Shown: positions 27,066 to 42,028, counted from the first letter of the stretch. The stretch is 64,000 nt of DNA from Octopus vulgaris (GCA_951406725.2 OX597825.1:67828001-67892000); one strand, 5' to 3'. Translations and numbers: made by a program. Notes: generated by a model from the letters alone, not told the origin.

Positions 27066-27184
27066 ATTATTTGCAGGATCCAAAAGAATCGGGGTCTTTT
27101 GATTTAAAAAAAAAGGAAACCATGATATAATCAATACACACACATGGCAGTTCTTTCCGAGAAAATATTTTGTCAAAGTTACTG

Positions 27185-27340
<156 letters not shown>

Positions 27341-27503
27341 ACCTGAAAATAAGGGAAAACGATAATCAGAAGAGAAACAGACTTTATTACATCCCAACAT
27401 TATATCTCGGCATAAAAAGAATAGTACATGTCTATCTTAACAATACGTTTTTTTTTTTTTGTTTTGTTTTGTTTTTTTTAGCTCAGATAAAATACACGCA
27501 GTG

Positions 27504-27546
<43 letters not shown>

Positions 27547-29006
27547 AATAACTTCCTTCTTCTTTTTTTTCGTTTCGCCTCACTTTGGATATTTAAAAAA
27601 AATATAAAAGCACATAATAGATAATGGCTTAATGGAATCTTTAGATTTCTGGTTGTCTATCAAACCCAGCAAGTTCGCACAACTGTACGAGTTTATATCT
27701 AACGATTGCAGGCCTCATGCAGAATACCGAAATAAGCTTTTAGTGGCTGACCTAGCACTCACCGAGATCTACATAAAACAACTATTCTGAATAGCCATTG
27801 AAAACGAAATAGCGCAGCATATTCTGTCAGTTTCGCTTTTTATTTTGCATAGAAACTCCAGGAAATATTTTTTTGGTCGATAACAGTTCCGAAGTGAGCA
27901 TTATTTTTGTTTTTTTGTATCGTAATGCCACAGAAATCGGTTATATAAAATCCCTTACATGACATTACAATATAAGTGATTTTAAAAAACAAACAAAACA
28001 AGGATTTATCTACGTGGACGCGCAGCCAGCTAGAAAGAGCAGCCAAATTACTCTCAATATTCATCGTATTTCTCTATGAATAATGTATTTTATAATAATT
28101 CTGCTTGTTTCTCCGTTACTTAGCCCGTCCGTAACGCTTTCACGTGATTAGTTGAAGAGAGAGGTGATGGTGAGTGAAATGTGTGTGTGTTTTTTAAGTA
28201 TTTTTTCCGTTACTTAACCCGTTACTTACAGAGGAGATTGATGATAGACTTTCTTCATCAGAGGGCCCAGTGATTAAACAGTGGCAATAACAATCGAAGG
28301 AGAAAAAATCGAAAGCGTATTACTTATATTAATTTCAATGTTTTGTTTTTGTTTTCATGTGATTAGTCGAAAGGAAAGGCGAAAAGCGAGAGAAAAAGAG
28401 GGTAAGGCGAAGAGTGAGAGAGAAAGAGGGAGAGTGTTGTGCAATAAGTCTATAAAATTGTGCATAAAGTATATAAAGTGTATATGTATATGTGCGTTAA
28501 GTAATCATGGTCTTCCAATTTCCTTCACTTTTCAATGAGTTGCAGATGAGCGACTATCTTTTGACACATATACAACACAGACTAAACCATCCATCTCAAC
28601 ACAAAACTGGTATTTTATTTTATCCTACTGAGAGGAAGGAAAGGCAAAGTTAACCTGGAGAGAATTTGAACTCAGAACATGAAAAGTCGAAAAAGGAAAA
28701 AAAAAAAAGCACCATAAAAAATTTGGTCCGACGATTTAACGGATCTGCTACCGATTAATAAAACCGTACAACAGTGTGAGAGAATATTCATTATAAAGAT
28801 ACATAAACCCAATTTCAATTTGGATGAAATGTTATTTTATGAAAACAAAACTCCGTCGTAAAATATGTATGATGTGTGCGTGTATTTTGTGGGTGTTTGC
28901 CGTGTGTGTAATACAGAGATTGTAAATGGATTCGCGGACAAACATGTAAGTACTCAAAATCATATTTTGGCTGAACATATATATATATATCTTTATATAC
29001 AAATTT

Positions 29007-29217
<211 letters not shown>

Positions 29218-29381
29218 GATTAAATAAATATTACTGCTACTTTTCAATGACTGTTAAGTTTCGTGCTTAATAAGGTATTTTTTCTGATGGAAGTTATTTT
29301 CTTCCCTTTCGAAAGAAAAATAACATTCGTATCACATCCATCTGAACATTGCTGTGTTAACGAGGAAAAGTGGTATAACCT

Positions 29382-29449
<68 letters not shown>

Positions 29450-29575
29450 TGTGTGCGTGTGTGTGTATGTAGGTAGGTAAGTAGGGCGGTAAATGGGTAG
29501 GTAGGCACATCTGCATATATATATATGCATATATATGTAGAAGTATATATGTATACATATATATATATACATGTA

Positions 29576-29671
<96 letters not shown>

Positions 29672-30270
29672 TATGTATGTATGTGTGAATTTATGTATCA
29701 TATACATGTATATATATATGAATATACACACAGATATATATATGCGTGTCTATATGTATACATATATATATATACATACATACGCATTTATAAATATATG
29801 CATATATGCATACATGTAAATATATATGTACATAAATATATGGGTTATTACAGATCCCTACATGTATATATATATACATACATGCATATACATGTATATA
29901 CATTTATACATACAGCTTGATTTGGATTGAAAAAGTAGGAATGCCTTCTGGCTCTCAATGTTATTCTTTGCCATTATAGTGGCTTCGAATTTCTTTACAA
30001 AACCCACTCTTCTATAGAAACATATTGTTCAAACGGAAATTATCAATCATAAATACACGTATGTGTGTCTCTCTGACTGAAGCTAGGTATATGGATGCAT
30101 GTACTTATATAGATTAATATATGAATGTGGATGTGTGGATGTATACGTGGATGTACTGATTTATATATATGAATATACATGTATACAAATATGTATATGG
30201 ATATATATGTGATTGTATGTACATACAACTATCTGTTTCTATGATATATGTATTTGAATGTGTGTGTTTG

Positions 30271-30341
<71 letters not shown>

Positions 30342-30421
30342 GTGTGTTTGTATACAAATGTACATATAAAGGCATGTGTCAGCAAATTCATAAATATATA
30401 TGCACACACTCACACGCACGG

Positions 30422-30463
<42 letters not shown>

Positions 30464-30526
30464 CTTTACTCTGCTATGTATTGAGTACCTTATTTACTGT
30501 GGTTTACCTCGACTCAACCCGGGACC

Positions 30527-30572
<46 letters not shown>

Positions 30573-30929
30573 AATGAGATAGGGGTTGAAAATTCAACCC
30601 ACCATGGGATAATATATATCCAATATACTGCTAGATAGGTACCCAACAAAATTAATACATAGATGTTAAAAATTGTCAAGCAATCAGTTCATCTATTGTA
30701 TTAAATGGGTAAAGGTAATAATATTACCGTAAATTAATACTACAAAATTAGAGAATGGAGAAACATACTTAAATCAGTAAAACATCAACTATCCGATGAT
30801 ACTCAATCCATACTTTAATACACCATTACATATGAGTAAAGGCAATATATAAAATGAAATGAGATATACAGTAATAGTAAAAAGATAAAGAGATATAAGT
30901 AAAAAATTTCAAATATAATATGCAAATAA

Positions 30930-31050
30930 ATCAAAACTGACAGCTGTTTCGGCAGTGAGGACAGTCATACCTCATTTAACCTATAAGCCATAAAGGCAGG
31001 TATAAATGAGGCATTAACAAGGATGCCCCACGGCCTCTTCAGAGAATTAA
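30930..31050 (-). ncRNA. type I hammerhead ribozyme with long stem II (left arm)
   Basis: Reverse complement of 31862-31985. Confidence 0.65.
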
Positions 31051-31446
31051 ATTAAATTTGTTATAATAGTGAAAAAAAAAAAAAAAAATATTATATAATC
31101 ATATACATATAAATATAAAAATATAAAAATGTAAAATATAAAAACTTATACATCATAATGCTACACTTATATAATATAATACACATTTGTACAAAAAGGA
31201 AGGTAAACAGAACAAAATAAAACAAAATATATAACAGTGTATATATTAATATTAATAAGTACCGATATTATACATATTTGGCTAATAGTTTTTTTTATAA
31301 AAAAAAGGCTAACACATATGGAGATGAAAAATAATAATTAAATCCGTGGTACAGTTCATAAAATTCTAAAGCTATAAAAGTTAATAAAAATTACTATTAA
31401 TAATAATATGGACTTGGTGCTAACTTAACTGTATCTATTTTTATTA

Positions 31447-31513
<67 letters not shown>

Positions 31514-31861
31514 AGTAATTTTTATTAACTTTTATAGCTTTAGAATTTTATGAACTGTACCACGGATTTAATTATTATTTTTCATCTCCATATGTGTTAG
31601 CCTTTTTTTTATAAAAAAAACTATTAGCCAAATATGTATAATATCGGTACTTATTAATATTAATATATACACTGTTATATATTTTGTTTTATTTTGTTCT
31701 GTTTACCTTCCTTTTTGTACAAATGTGTATTATATTATATAAGTGTAGCATTATGATGTATAAGTTTTTATATTTTACATTTTTATATTTTTATATTTAT
31801 ATGTATATGATTATATAATATTTTTTTTTTTTTTTTTTTTTCACTATTATAACAAATTTAA

Positions 31862-31985
31862 TTTAATTCTCTGAAGAGGCCGTGGGGCATCCTTGTTAAT
31901 GCCTCATTTATACCTGCCTTTATGGCTTATAGGTTAAATGAGGTATGACTGTCCTCACTGCCGAAACAGCTGTCAGTTTTGATTT
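31862..31985 (+). ncRNA. type I hammerhead ribozyme with long stem II (right arm)
   Basis: CTGAAGA 31871-31877; stem II 31878-31962; GAAAC 31963; palindromic stem III ACAGCTGT; predicted cleavage after GTC at 31974; stem I weak. Confidence 0.65.
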
Positions 31986-32175
31986 ATTTGCATATTATAT
32001 TTGAAATTTTTTACTTATATCTCTTTATCTTTTTACTATTACTGTATATCTCATTTCATTTTATATATTGCCTTTACTCATATGTAATGGTGTATTAAAG
32101 TATGGATTGAGTATCATCGGATAGTTGATGTTTTACTGATTTAAGTATGTTTCTCCATTCTCTAATTTTGTAGTG

Positions 32176-32248
<73 letters not shown>

Positions 32249-32597
32249 ATTAAAACATATCGAGACAAACACAACAAACATACAGATATACACGTATGAT
32301 TATTTGTGCGTGTTTGTGTGTGTGTGTGTGTGTGTACGTGTGTGCGTATACATACAGACTTCGATTGCGTAGCGTAAAACGTTAACATAACGTGAAATTC
32401 CGTAATGCGATATAGTTTCTCATTAATTTTCATCTCCATTGAACCATTGTCAGACAGTTTGCACTTCAACATAAAAGATTTCCAGGTAAAATAGTAACCT
32501 ACACCTCTATAATGCGGGAGATGCTAGTATATGCAATGCACACGCACATATACACACACACACATATATACACACACACACATATATATATATATAT

Positions 32598-32771
32598 ACT
32601 CTTTTACTTGTTTCAGTCATTTGACTGTGGCCATGCTGGAGCACCGCCTTTAGTCGAGCAAATCGACCCCAGGACTTATTCTTTGTAAACCTAGTACTTA
32701 TTCTATCGGTCACTTTTGCTGAACTGCTAAGTTACGGGGACTTAAACACACCAGCATCGGTTGTCAAGCGA
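32598..32771 (-). mobile_element. family 1 SINE, 3' part
   Basis: Homology to 1515-1690. Confidence 0.8.
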
Positions 32772-33957
32772 GGCCGACCAAAACCACCACCAATGGTGAC
32801 ACACTTCTCCCATCGCTTTTTGCGTTTGTGAAGGCTACGTCTGTAGAAATCGATAGGATACGTCTGGAACCAAGACATTACTTCGGAAATAAGTTCGTCA
32901 TCGTCCGAAAAGTGCTTCCCCTTCAAAAAAGAATTCATGGTTGGAAAGAGGTGGAAGTAAGATGGTACGAGGTCAGGGGAGTAAGGAGGAGGAAGAAGGA
33001 TTTCATAACCGCAGGAGTGTGCGTTCATCTGGGCAACATGCGCATTGTGAACTGGGGCGTTGTCTTGGAGGAGGCGGAAATTTTTGGTCAGTATGCCACA
33101 CCTCTCTGCTTCGATGGCGTCCCGCAATTTCTGCAGCAGCGAAGCATAATATTTGTAGTACCCTTTGCCAGAAAATCCTGCATCACTAATCCGCGCTGCT
33201 CCCAAAAGATTGTGAGCATCACCTTGCCTGCTGTGGGTTAGACACGAGCATTCTTTGGAGATGGTGGGCTTTCATGCTTCCATTGCTTCGACTGGACTTT
33301 AGTCTCAGGATCATAGTGATGGACCCACGTTTCATGTTATGATAAGTCTGCCGAAAAAGGTCTCCTCGTTTTCTTGGCACATTGCCAAATGAGCCTGGGA
33401 GCAATTGACTCGTTCCTGCTTCTAAAAGACCTGAGCATCCAAGGAATCCATCGTGCAGACAACTTCCGCATGTGCAAATGGTCGTGAATGATTTTTTTTT
33501 CCACGGACCCTACACTTCTTGGGCTAAGTGCCAAATAGATATGCGATGATCCTCCAAAAGGGCGGCTTCCACTTTATGGATGGTGTCGTCAACAATGGCT
33601 GAATGTGATCGTCCAGGAATAGGAGCAGTTTCCACCGATGTCCGACCACATTTGAACTGGCGATACCAGTGTTTGTTAATGGTGCATCGTCACCATTAAC
33701 TTCCTTTATCTCATCGAAAGTCTATTTTGGTGTACGGCCGTTCAAGTATAAGAACCTGATCACTGATTGGCATTCAACACCTTAGTCCACTTATAACACC
33801 TTAGTCCACTTCAGCAGCCGTAAAAAACAACCGAATACTAGTGGAAATCTGTTATTTACAATGTGACATGTAGAGACATGTATGATTGTCCCTGTACAAG
33901 TTCCGTTTCTGCAATAAAGGGAATAAAGGGTTAGGGGAAATGTTTAATGAACACCCC
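32772..33957 (-). mobile_element. degenerate mariner transposon
   Basis: LSARWIPWML, LLQDNAPVH, PPYSPDLVPSYFHLF, RWEKCV; TIR-like end next to TA at 33958; frameshifted. Confidence 0.9.
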
Positions 33958-34019
33958 TATAGGAAGAGTTATCAGTTTATGTCGGTTGTGTCGGCCCGCC
34001 TATTTGTATTCGCGTGATT

Positions 34020-34397
34020 AGGAGCACTCCGTCGGTTGCGACGATGAGGGTCCCAGCTGATACGATCAACGGAACAGCTTGCTCGTGAAATTAACGTGTA
34101 AGTGGCTGAGCACTCCACAGACACGTGCACCCTTAACGAAGTTCTCGGGGATATTCAGCGTGACACAGAGAGTGACAAGGCCGGCCCCTTGAAATACAGG
34201 TACAAGAGAAACAGGAAGAAAGAGCGAGAGAAAGTTGTGGTGAAAGAGTACAGCAGGGATCACCACCATCCCCTGCCGGAGCCTCGTGGAGCTTTAGGTG
34301 TTTTCGCTCAATAAACACTCACAATGCCCGGTCTGGGAATCGAAACCGCGATCCTCTGACCGCGAGTCCGCTGCCCTAACCACTGGGCCATTGCGCG
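34020..34397 (-). mobile_element. family 2-headed SINE with module-M body
   Basis: Head as at 959; body GTACCTGTATTTCAAGGGG...AACCGACGGAGTGCTCC. Confidence 0.8.
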
Positions 34398-34981
34398 TGA
34401 GTATGGTTAAGTGGGCTTATATAGGCATTAAGATAGATGACTCCTTCAATGCGCTGGGTGTTAAAAGACTTGGAAGTCATAGCCAGGGTAGACAACTCAA
34501 CCCGAATCCCATCCCGGAGTTTTTTTGTTTTTTTTTTCTTTGCTTATCAACATCCCATACATGACCCGAATTGAAAGCGAGCTGAATCGCTAGTTCATGA
34601 CTACATGACTACATGCAAATAGTATAAAGACCATTTTCTGGTATGCTTCGATGATGCATACGTAAGAATAAATTCAATTATGAATCTGAAGCAACTCTAG
34701 TGCTGTAAAGCATTATTGAACACACAGAAAGAAAGAAAGAATGAGCGATCGGGTAAAGGCCGTATGTCCAGGAATGGGGCAATCATTGTATAAAATAAGA
34801 ATTATATTATGTTCTAGACATAGGAACTTAACAGAACCATATAATTATCAGTTTCTTGTGGTTCCTTGAGGCTACTACGGCCAACAGATATGTCTGGTTG
34901 TGTCAGATTTTCCGAACAAGAAATTCGTTTGCTTGAGATAGGTAGAGGAAGTTGGTTTCATCCATTTTCTTCAAGATAATA

Positions 34982-35015
34982 TTGGGTTGTCCGGAAATTT
35001 TGTGCCGATTTATAG
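34982..35015 (+). mobile_element. solitary mariner TIR
   Basis: TA+TTGGGTTGTCCGGAAATTTTGTGCCGATTT, matching 48091. Confidence 0.7.
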
Positions 35016-35261
35016 TACACACGTACATGCATATACATATAGACACATTCATAATACATACATAGACACATACACGCCTACGTAATACATATACACACAT
35101 ACATACATACATACATACATACATACATACATACATACATACATACATACATACATACATACGTACATGCATACATACATACATACATACATACATACAT
35201 ACATACATACATACATACATACATACATACATAACTACATACATTCATACTTACATACATA

Positions 35262-35520
35262 TTATGAATTCATAGTCATACCAATAATGATTGGTGCTCT
35301 GGGTTTTGTTAGTAAATGCTTAAAGGAGAATCTAGATAAACTGGAATTTTCAGAAAGAGAAATCGAACGGCTGATTCGTACATTACAAGCCCAACCAGTG
35401 AGTGGAACAGTAAAAATATGCAAGACTTTTCTCAAGTTCCAAATGTGAATTTGCCTGTATCTTTGTTGGAAACCGGCTTCCTCCTCAGTGGAAGATTTAT
35501 AATGATTAAGAAATAGAAGA
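35262..35520 (+). mobile_element. 3' end of a (TACA)n-associated R4-like LINE
   Basis: IPIMIGALGFVSKCL...SGTVKICKTFLKF*, similar to 4500-4690; embedded in (TACA)n. Confidence 0.8.
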
Positions 35521-36461
35521 CATACATACACCCATGCATATACACGTGTGTATACATACATACATACCTGCATACATACATGCATATACACATACATACA
35601 TATATATATATATACATACATACATACATACACACACATATACATACATACATACGTACATACATACAAACATACATACATACGTATGTTCGTACATACA
35701 TACATACATACATACTTACGTATGTACGTACATACACACACATATACATACATACATACATACATACAAACGTACATACATACAAACATACATACATACA
35801 TACATACATACATGCATGCATGCATGCATACATACATACATACATACATACATACATACATACATACATACATACATACATACATACATACATACATACA
35901 TACATACATACATACGTGTGCGTACGTGTGTATGAGTGTTTGCTTAACTGAAGTACATGATATCTCAATAGATTTTTAACAAAACACTGAATGTTACGGC
36001 GAATGTAATCCATACTTCTGTATATACGATATTTTCTTGGACAGAAAAGCAAGGAATAGTCTGTCACACATGACATATTTCAGGTCAGAATTTGGAATTT
36101 TATCAACGGTTATGCCCCACCAACTCTTTAACTGTCCACGACCACGCTTATATACACAATACTGCGGAAAGTTTACAAAAACTGGAGAGATCGGCTTGTG
36201 TAGATAAAACCTTTTTGAAAACGAAATTGGATATCACATTACTGGCGCGATAGCGTCATTTTTATATATTCTTTTATAGAATATTTCTAAAGATATTCTA
36301 AAGCTGAAAGTGTGTTAGGACGAATGTAAACAATAAGTCTGTGTACATAATATTTTTCGTGGAGAAAAAAATAGGGAAAAATAAAGAAATATAACACTGT
36401 TGAATACACGTGTTATTGAAAATGTGAATATGTGAATGTGTGAACATGTATGTGTGTTGGT

Positions 36462-36561
<100 letters not shown>

Positions 36562-36904
36562 GCAGGCTGACAGATCGATCGATCGATACATAGGTAGATA
36601 AAGATATTAAGGAATGTATGTGCGAATGCATATTTATATATATTTATATATATATATATATATGCATATATATATATATACATACATACATACATACATG
36701 CATAATACATACATACATACATACATGCATACATACATACATACATACATACATACATACATACACACATACATACATACATACATACATACATACATAC
36801 ATACATACATACATACATACATACATGCATACATACATACATACATACATACGTACATGCATACATTCAGAGAGAGACAGAGACAGACTAATACACACAT
36901 ACGC

Positions 36905-36951
<47 letters not shown>

Positions 36952-37382
36952 CATTAATAGGAGGTAATTATATTAATAAGAGTGCATCTTGCATTTTAAA
37001 AAAGCCAGTATGAGACTTTCTCTCGGGGTAACTACCGCAGTATAGTCTGTTTTAAGAGAACATCTACGTTTAAGTGGAGATAGATATCTCACGGCATTAA
37101 TACTGCCTCTGTCGCTAATATAGATATTAATGAATGTATATGCGAATGCATATATATATAAATGTATCACACCGCCGCACGCACAGTGAAACACACACAC
37201 ACACACACACATAACATGCAATCGATGAGAAACAATAATGATGAAAGGAATAAAATGTAAACATAAACTTTACTTCATATATACGGTCCACTTTTTCTTC
37301 AAATTTGTGTGTGTGTGTGAATTGGTTGGATAGTTGGCTGGTTGGTTGGTCGATTTGTCCAATCACGCCTTTCGTATAGAGT

Positions 37383-37895
37383 GGAAGCGCAATGGCCCAG
37401 TGGTTAGGGCAGCGGACTCGCGGTCGTAGGATCGCGATATTGATTCCCAGACCGAGCATTGTGTGTGTTTTTTTAATGAGCAAAAACACCTAAAGCTCCA
37501 CGAGGCTCCGGTAGGTAGGAGGGGGGGGTAAACCCTGCTGTACTCTTCGCATCTTTCTCTAACTCTTTCTTCCTGTTTCTGTTGTACCTGTATTTCAAAG
37601 GGCCAGCCTTGTCACACACTGTGTCCCGTTGAATCTCCCCGAGAGCCACGTTAAGAGTACACGTGTCTGTGAAGTGCTCAGCCACTTGCACGTTAATAAA
37701 TGAGCTGCGACATCACAGGTGCCAAGCTGTATCGGCCTTTGCCTTTCCCTTGGATAACATCAGTGGTGTGTAGAGGGGAGGCTGGTATGCATGGGCGACT
37801 GCTGGTCTTCCATAAAACAACCTTGCCCAGACTTGTGCCTCGGAGACTAACTTCCTAGGTGCAATCCCATGGTCATTCCTGACCGAAGGGGGTCA
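37383..37895 (+). mobile_element. chimeric SINE: family 2 head, module M and family 3 3' half
   Basis: Switch at ~37697 from module M to AAATGAGCTGCGACATCACAGGTGCCAAGC...GACCGAAGGGGGTC. Confidence 0.75.
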
Positions 37896-38109
37896 CAATA
37901 TCGTATAGAGAGACGAGGAGTGAGACTAATAGAGAGATACAGAATTAACATAAGAGAGGGCGGACAAGTGCACATACGAAGGGGTGCTGAAAAGTTCCTG
38001 GCTTTAACGTATCGCGAAAAGTTTGGTTGGAGATCCAACCTTCAGAGTTTTTTTTTTTTTTACAGTGCTTAAAAAACCTGAAGGACCATTACAAAAAGCG
38101 TGTAAATCT

Positions 38110-38790
38110 TTGCCTTTCTTTCGGGGTCGATAAATTAAGTACCAGTTACGCACTGGGGTCGATGTAATCGACTTAATCCCTTTGTCTGTCCTTGTTTGTC
38201 CCCTCTGTGTTTAGCCCCTTGTGGGCAATAAAGAAATAGAAAACGTTAGCACGCCGGGCGAAATGCTTAGCGGTATTTCGTCTGCCGCTACGGTCCGAGT
38301 TCAAATTCCGCCGAGGTCGACTTTACCTTTCATCCTTTCGGGGTCGATTAAATAAGTACCAGTTACGCACTGGGGTCGATATAATCGACTTTATCCCTTT
38401 GTCTGTCCTTGTTTGTCCTCTATGTGTTTAGCCCCTTGTGGGTAGTAAAGAAATAAGTATTCCATCTGCCGCTACGTTCTGAGTTCAAATTCCGCCGAGG
38501 TCGACTTTTCTTTTCATCTTTTCGGGGTCGATTAAATAAGTACCAGTTACGCACTGGGGTCGATATAATCGACTTAATCCCTTTGTCTGTCCTTGTTTGT
38601 CCTCTATGTGTTTAGTGCCTTGTGTGTAGTAAAATAAATAGGTATTCCATCTGTCGTTACGTTCTGAGTTCAAATTCCGCCGAGACCGACTTTGCCTTTC
38701 GGGGTCGGCAAATTAAGTACCAGTTGCGTACTGGGGGGGGGTCAATCTAAAAATTTTGGGCCTTGTGCCTAGAGTAGAAAAGATTATTAT
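38110..38790 (+). mobile_element. tandem array of family 4 SINE units (4A,4A,4A,4B)
   Basis: Repeated core; tail-to-internal junctions at ~38238, ~38456 and ~38640. Confidence 0.85.
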
Positions 38791-39204
38791 TAATTTAAGT
38801 CGGCGAGCTGGCAGAATCGATAGTACGCCAGGCAAAATTCTTAGCGGTATTTCGTTCGTCTTGTACCATTCCATACATATCTTCGGTGTTGCCGTAATGT
38901 TACTGACCTCACAAAATGGAACATGCGTATGTTTCGTTCTATAAATTCGAAAATGTTCTTAAATTCATTAGAAATAATGTATTAAGCTTAAATTTACAAG
39001 TTGCCACACAGGATCTGATTTTAACTCAATTAGCGTTCGACTTCTTATACCACTGGGAATTTCATTCGCGACTAGCTCGGATATGATGCTCGGAATTCTT
39101 AAGTATCTCTTAGCTGTTATATACAAGGTTTATGAGAGTCGTTTGTCTGATGTAGCGAATAAAGCCCAGGAGAGATCCCCTAAGCTATCTTTTAAAATTA
39201 AGTG

Positions 39205-40003
39205 CTTTTGTTTTGCTTCTTTCTCTACTTCTTCCCCTTTTTCTTCTTCTTCTTCGTCTTCTGCCTCTTGTTCCTCTTGTTCCTCTTCTTCTTCATCTTT
39301 TTCTTGTTCTTCTTCTCTACTTCTGCCTCTTTTTCTTTTTCTTCTTCTTCTTCGTCTTTTTCTTGTTCTTCTTCTCTACTTCTGCCTCTTTTTCTTGTTC
39401 TTCTTCTTCTTCCTCTTGTTCTTCTTCTTCTTCCTCTTTTTCTTGTTCTACTTTCTCTTCTTCTTCCTCTTTTTCTTGTTCTTCCTCTACTACTTCCTCT
39501 TTTTCTTCTTTTTCTTCTTTTCTTCCTCTTTTTCTTCGTCTTCTTACTCTTCTTCTTCTTCTTCTTCCTCTTTTTCTTCTTCTTCTTCTTCTCTTGTTCT
39601 TCCTCTTGTTCCTCTTTTTCTTCTTCTTCTTCCTCTTGTTCTTCCTCTTGTCCCTCTTCTTCTTCCTCTTTTTCTTCGTCTTCTTCCTCTTGTTCCTCTT
39701 CTTCTCCCTCTTTTTCTTGTTCTTCTTTCTCTACTTCTTCCCTTTTTTCTTGTTCTTCTCTCTCTCTACATCTTCCTCTTTTTCTTCTTCTTCTTCGTCT
39801 TCTTCCTCTTGTTTCTCTTCTTCTTCTTCGTCTTCTTCCTCTTCTTCCTCTTCTTCTTTTTCCTCTTGTTCCTCTTCTATTTCTTCCACTTCTTCTTCGT
39901 CTTCTTTTCGTTTTCTTCTTCTTCTTTTTTTTGTCTTCTTCACACTTCTACTTCTTCCCCTTCTCCTTCTTCTTCCACTTCTTTTTCTTCTTCTTCTTCT
40001 TCT
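39205..40003. repeat. ~800-bp polypyrimidine (TCT)n-derived low-complexity tract
   Basis: Almost entirely C/T on the + strand. Confidence 0.95.
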
Positions 40004-40292
40004 CAATAGTGAATAAATTCTTCAGTAATTAAGTGATAGAAAAGTTGATTAGAATACACTAAAACGAACGAAAACGACTTAATAAAAACGACATTTAAGA
40101 AGTCTAGAAAGTCCATTGGTAATTAATTTCACACAGCGTTGTAAAACCTGAGAAATAAACCTTCACCGGACTTTCTCGGAAATCTTCTGTTTTAATTTTA
40201 AGTCTGCATTACAAATTTAACGGAAATATTCATTAATTTTACATTGCATCTGGTATTTAAGGCGTTCTTCAGTAACTATTTCAGGTACAATA

Positions 40293-40617
40293 AAGGTGCA
40301 TGGCTTAGTGGTTAGGGGCCATTCGATTCCTGATCGTAAGGTCGTGAGTTCAATTCCCGGTGGCGCGTTGGGTCCTTGAGCAAGACACTTTATTTCACGT
40401 TGCTCCAGTCCACTCAGCTGGCAAAAATGTGTAGTACCTGTATTTCAAAGGGCGAGCTTTGTCACACACTGTGTCACGCTGAATCTGTCCGAGAACTACG
40501 TTAAGGGTACACGTGTTTGCGGAGTACTCAGCCACTTGCGCGTTAATTTCATGAGCAAGCTGTGCCGTTGATCGTATCAGCTGGGACCCTCGTCGTCGCA
40601 ACCGACGGAGTGCTCCT
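40293..40617 (+). mobile_element. family 3-headed SINE with module-M body
   Basis: GGTGCATGGCTTAGTGGTTAGG head, CTTGAGCAAGACACTTTATTTC, tail AACCGACGGAGTGCTCC. Confidence 0.8.
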
Positions 40618-41953
40618 TTCAGATACAGTGACATAAATTGAAACAGATTCTGTCATTGTTCTATATTCGGTTCTCCGGAAGCCAGGGGATTCAACACCAG
40701 TGACCTTCCAAAATCTTTCTGTATACGTCGACCGATTGCGGTCATACTAGAGTTGATATAACCGTCTTATGCCTCCCCTAAAACTGCTGGCCCGGTGCAA
40801 AAATTTGAAACCAATATTTCAAAATATATTTAGCTTATCTGTATGGAAAGTATTTAACGCACCAATCACGAGTTTTAAATAAAACAAAATTTTCGTTTAG
40901 AGTAGAACAAGATATGGACTTTCTAAATATAGTAATCATTTCTTTACTGTACGGTATCTTCGATAACTATAGTCAAGAATGATATGAAGCTATTATGCAT
41001 TATAAACACAAATTTGTAAAGGAAAAAGAACAACAGGGCCTCGGGATTATAGAGTCATCAGAAGACCTCTTGATCTTTTTTTCTCTCTAACTTAAATTGA
41101 TGCTACAACGTCAAATATTATTTACGATAAAATCGTTACTTTAAAATATAGTTTGGCATGTTTACACAATTCTCCAACAAGTCTCTTGATAAATTATTTA
41201 ATTATATGTCAACATTTATAAAGAGAAAAGAATTAAATTGATTCTATAATTCATTCTCCGTTAAATAATCCAATTTGCTATAATGTAGTCTAAAATGCTA
41301 CTCGTTCTCAATAAAAATCGAGAGATCATTTCTCATCACGCATGAAGAATAACAAATGATAGCGGCAAAATACGATATTAATTAAGATAAATTATCTCCA
41401 GAATAAATTATCAAAAGTTTGTTTTTCATTACATTATCATTAGCATCGATATCATTAATAAACATGAAATTCTACTCAACAACGTAAATGTACTCTACAG
41501 AAACACACATACACACTACTACGAGTTATATACAACACCTCTAAACATTCACAGCATCCAAACATAATAAAGAAAGCAATACGACGCCCAGACATTCTTA
41601 TAACAATCAAAAGTACCAAATTTGACCAACACAAAGAAATAATAATAATCATTTCTACTATAAATACAAGGTCTGAAATTTGATGGGAGAGGGTTAGTCG
41701 AATATACCAGGAGTGGCTGTGTAAGAAGCCACTCACATGGTTCCGGGTTCAGTCCCTTTGCGTGGCACCTTGGGCAAATGTCTCCTACTTTAGCCTTGTG
41801 AATGGATTTGCTAGACGGAAACTGAAATAACTCCGTCGTAAATATAAAAAATTAAGAGGAATGACAACCAAGGTGGACTCCTAATATGCTAAAAATAAAC
41901 GTCAAATCGCCTTACCATGAAGAGTGTGTTCTCAAGAATTTCTACCTTGATTA

Positions 41954-42028
<75 letters not shown>

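Larger units (their letters stand above)
30570..32174. mobile_element. Penelope-like element remnant forming a long inverted repeat (arms 30739-31408 and 31501-32174)
   Basis: Arms appear to be reverse complements apart from homopolymer length (A17 vs T21); 92-bp spacer; (TA)n on both flanks; one hammerhead per arm. Confidence 0.75.

Noticed and set aside
27853-27893. Possible 41-nt exon (AG...GTGAGC)
   Set aside because: Such signals arise often by chance; no supporting evidence
39083-40032. Three overlapping 267-308-aa ORFs
   Set aside because: Open only because the pyrimidine tract lacks stop codons
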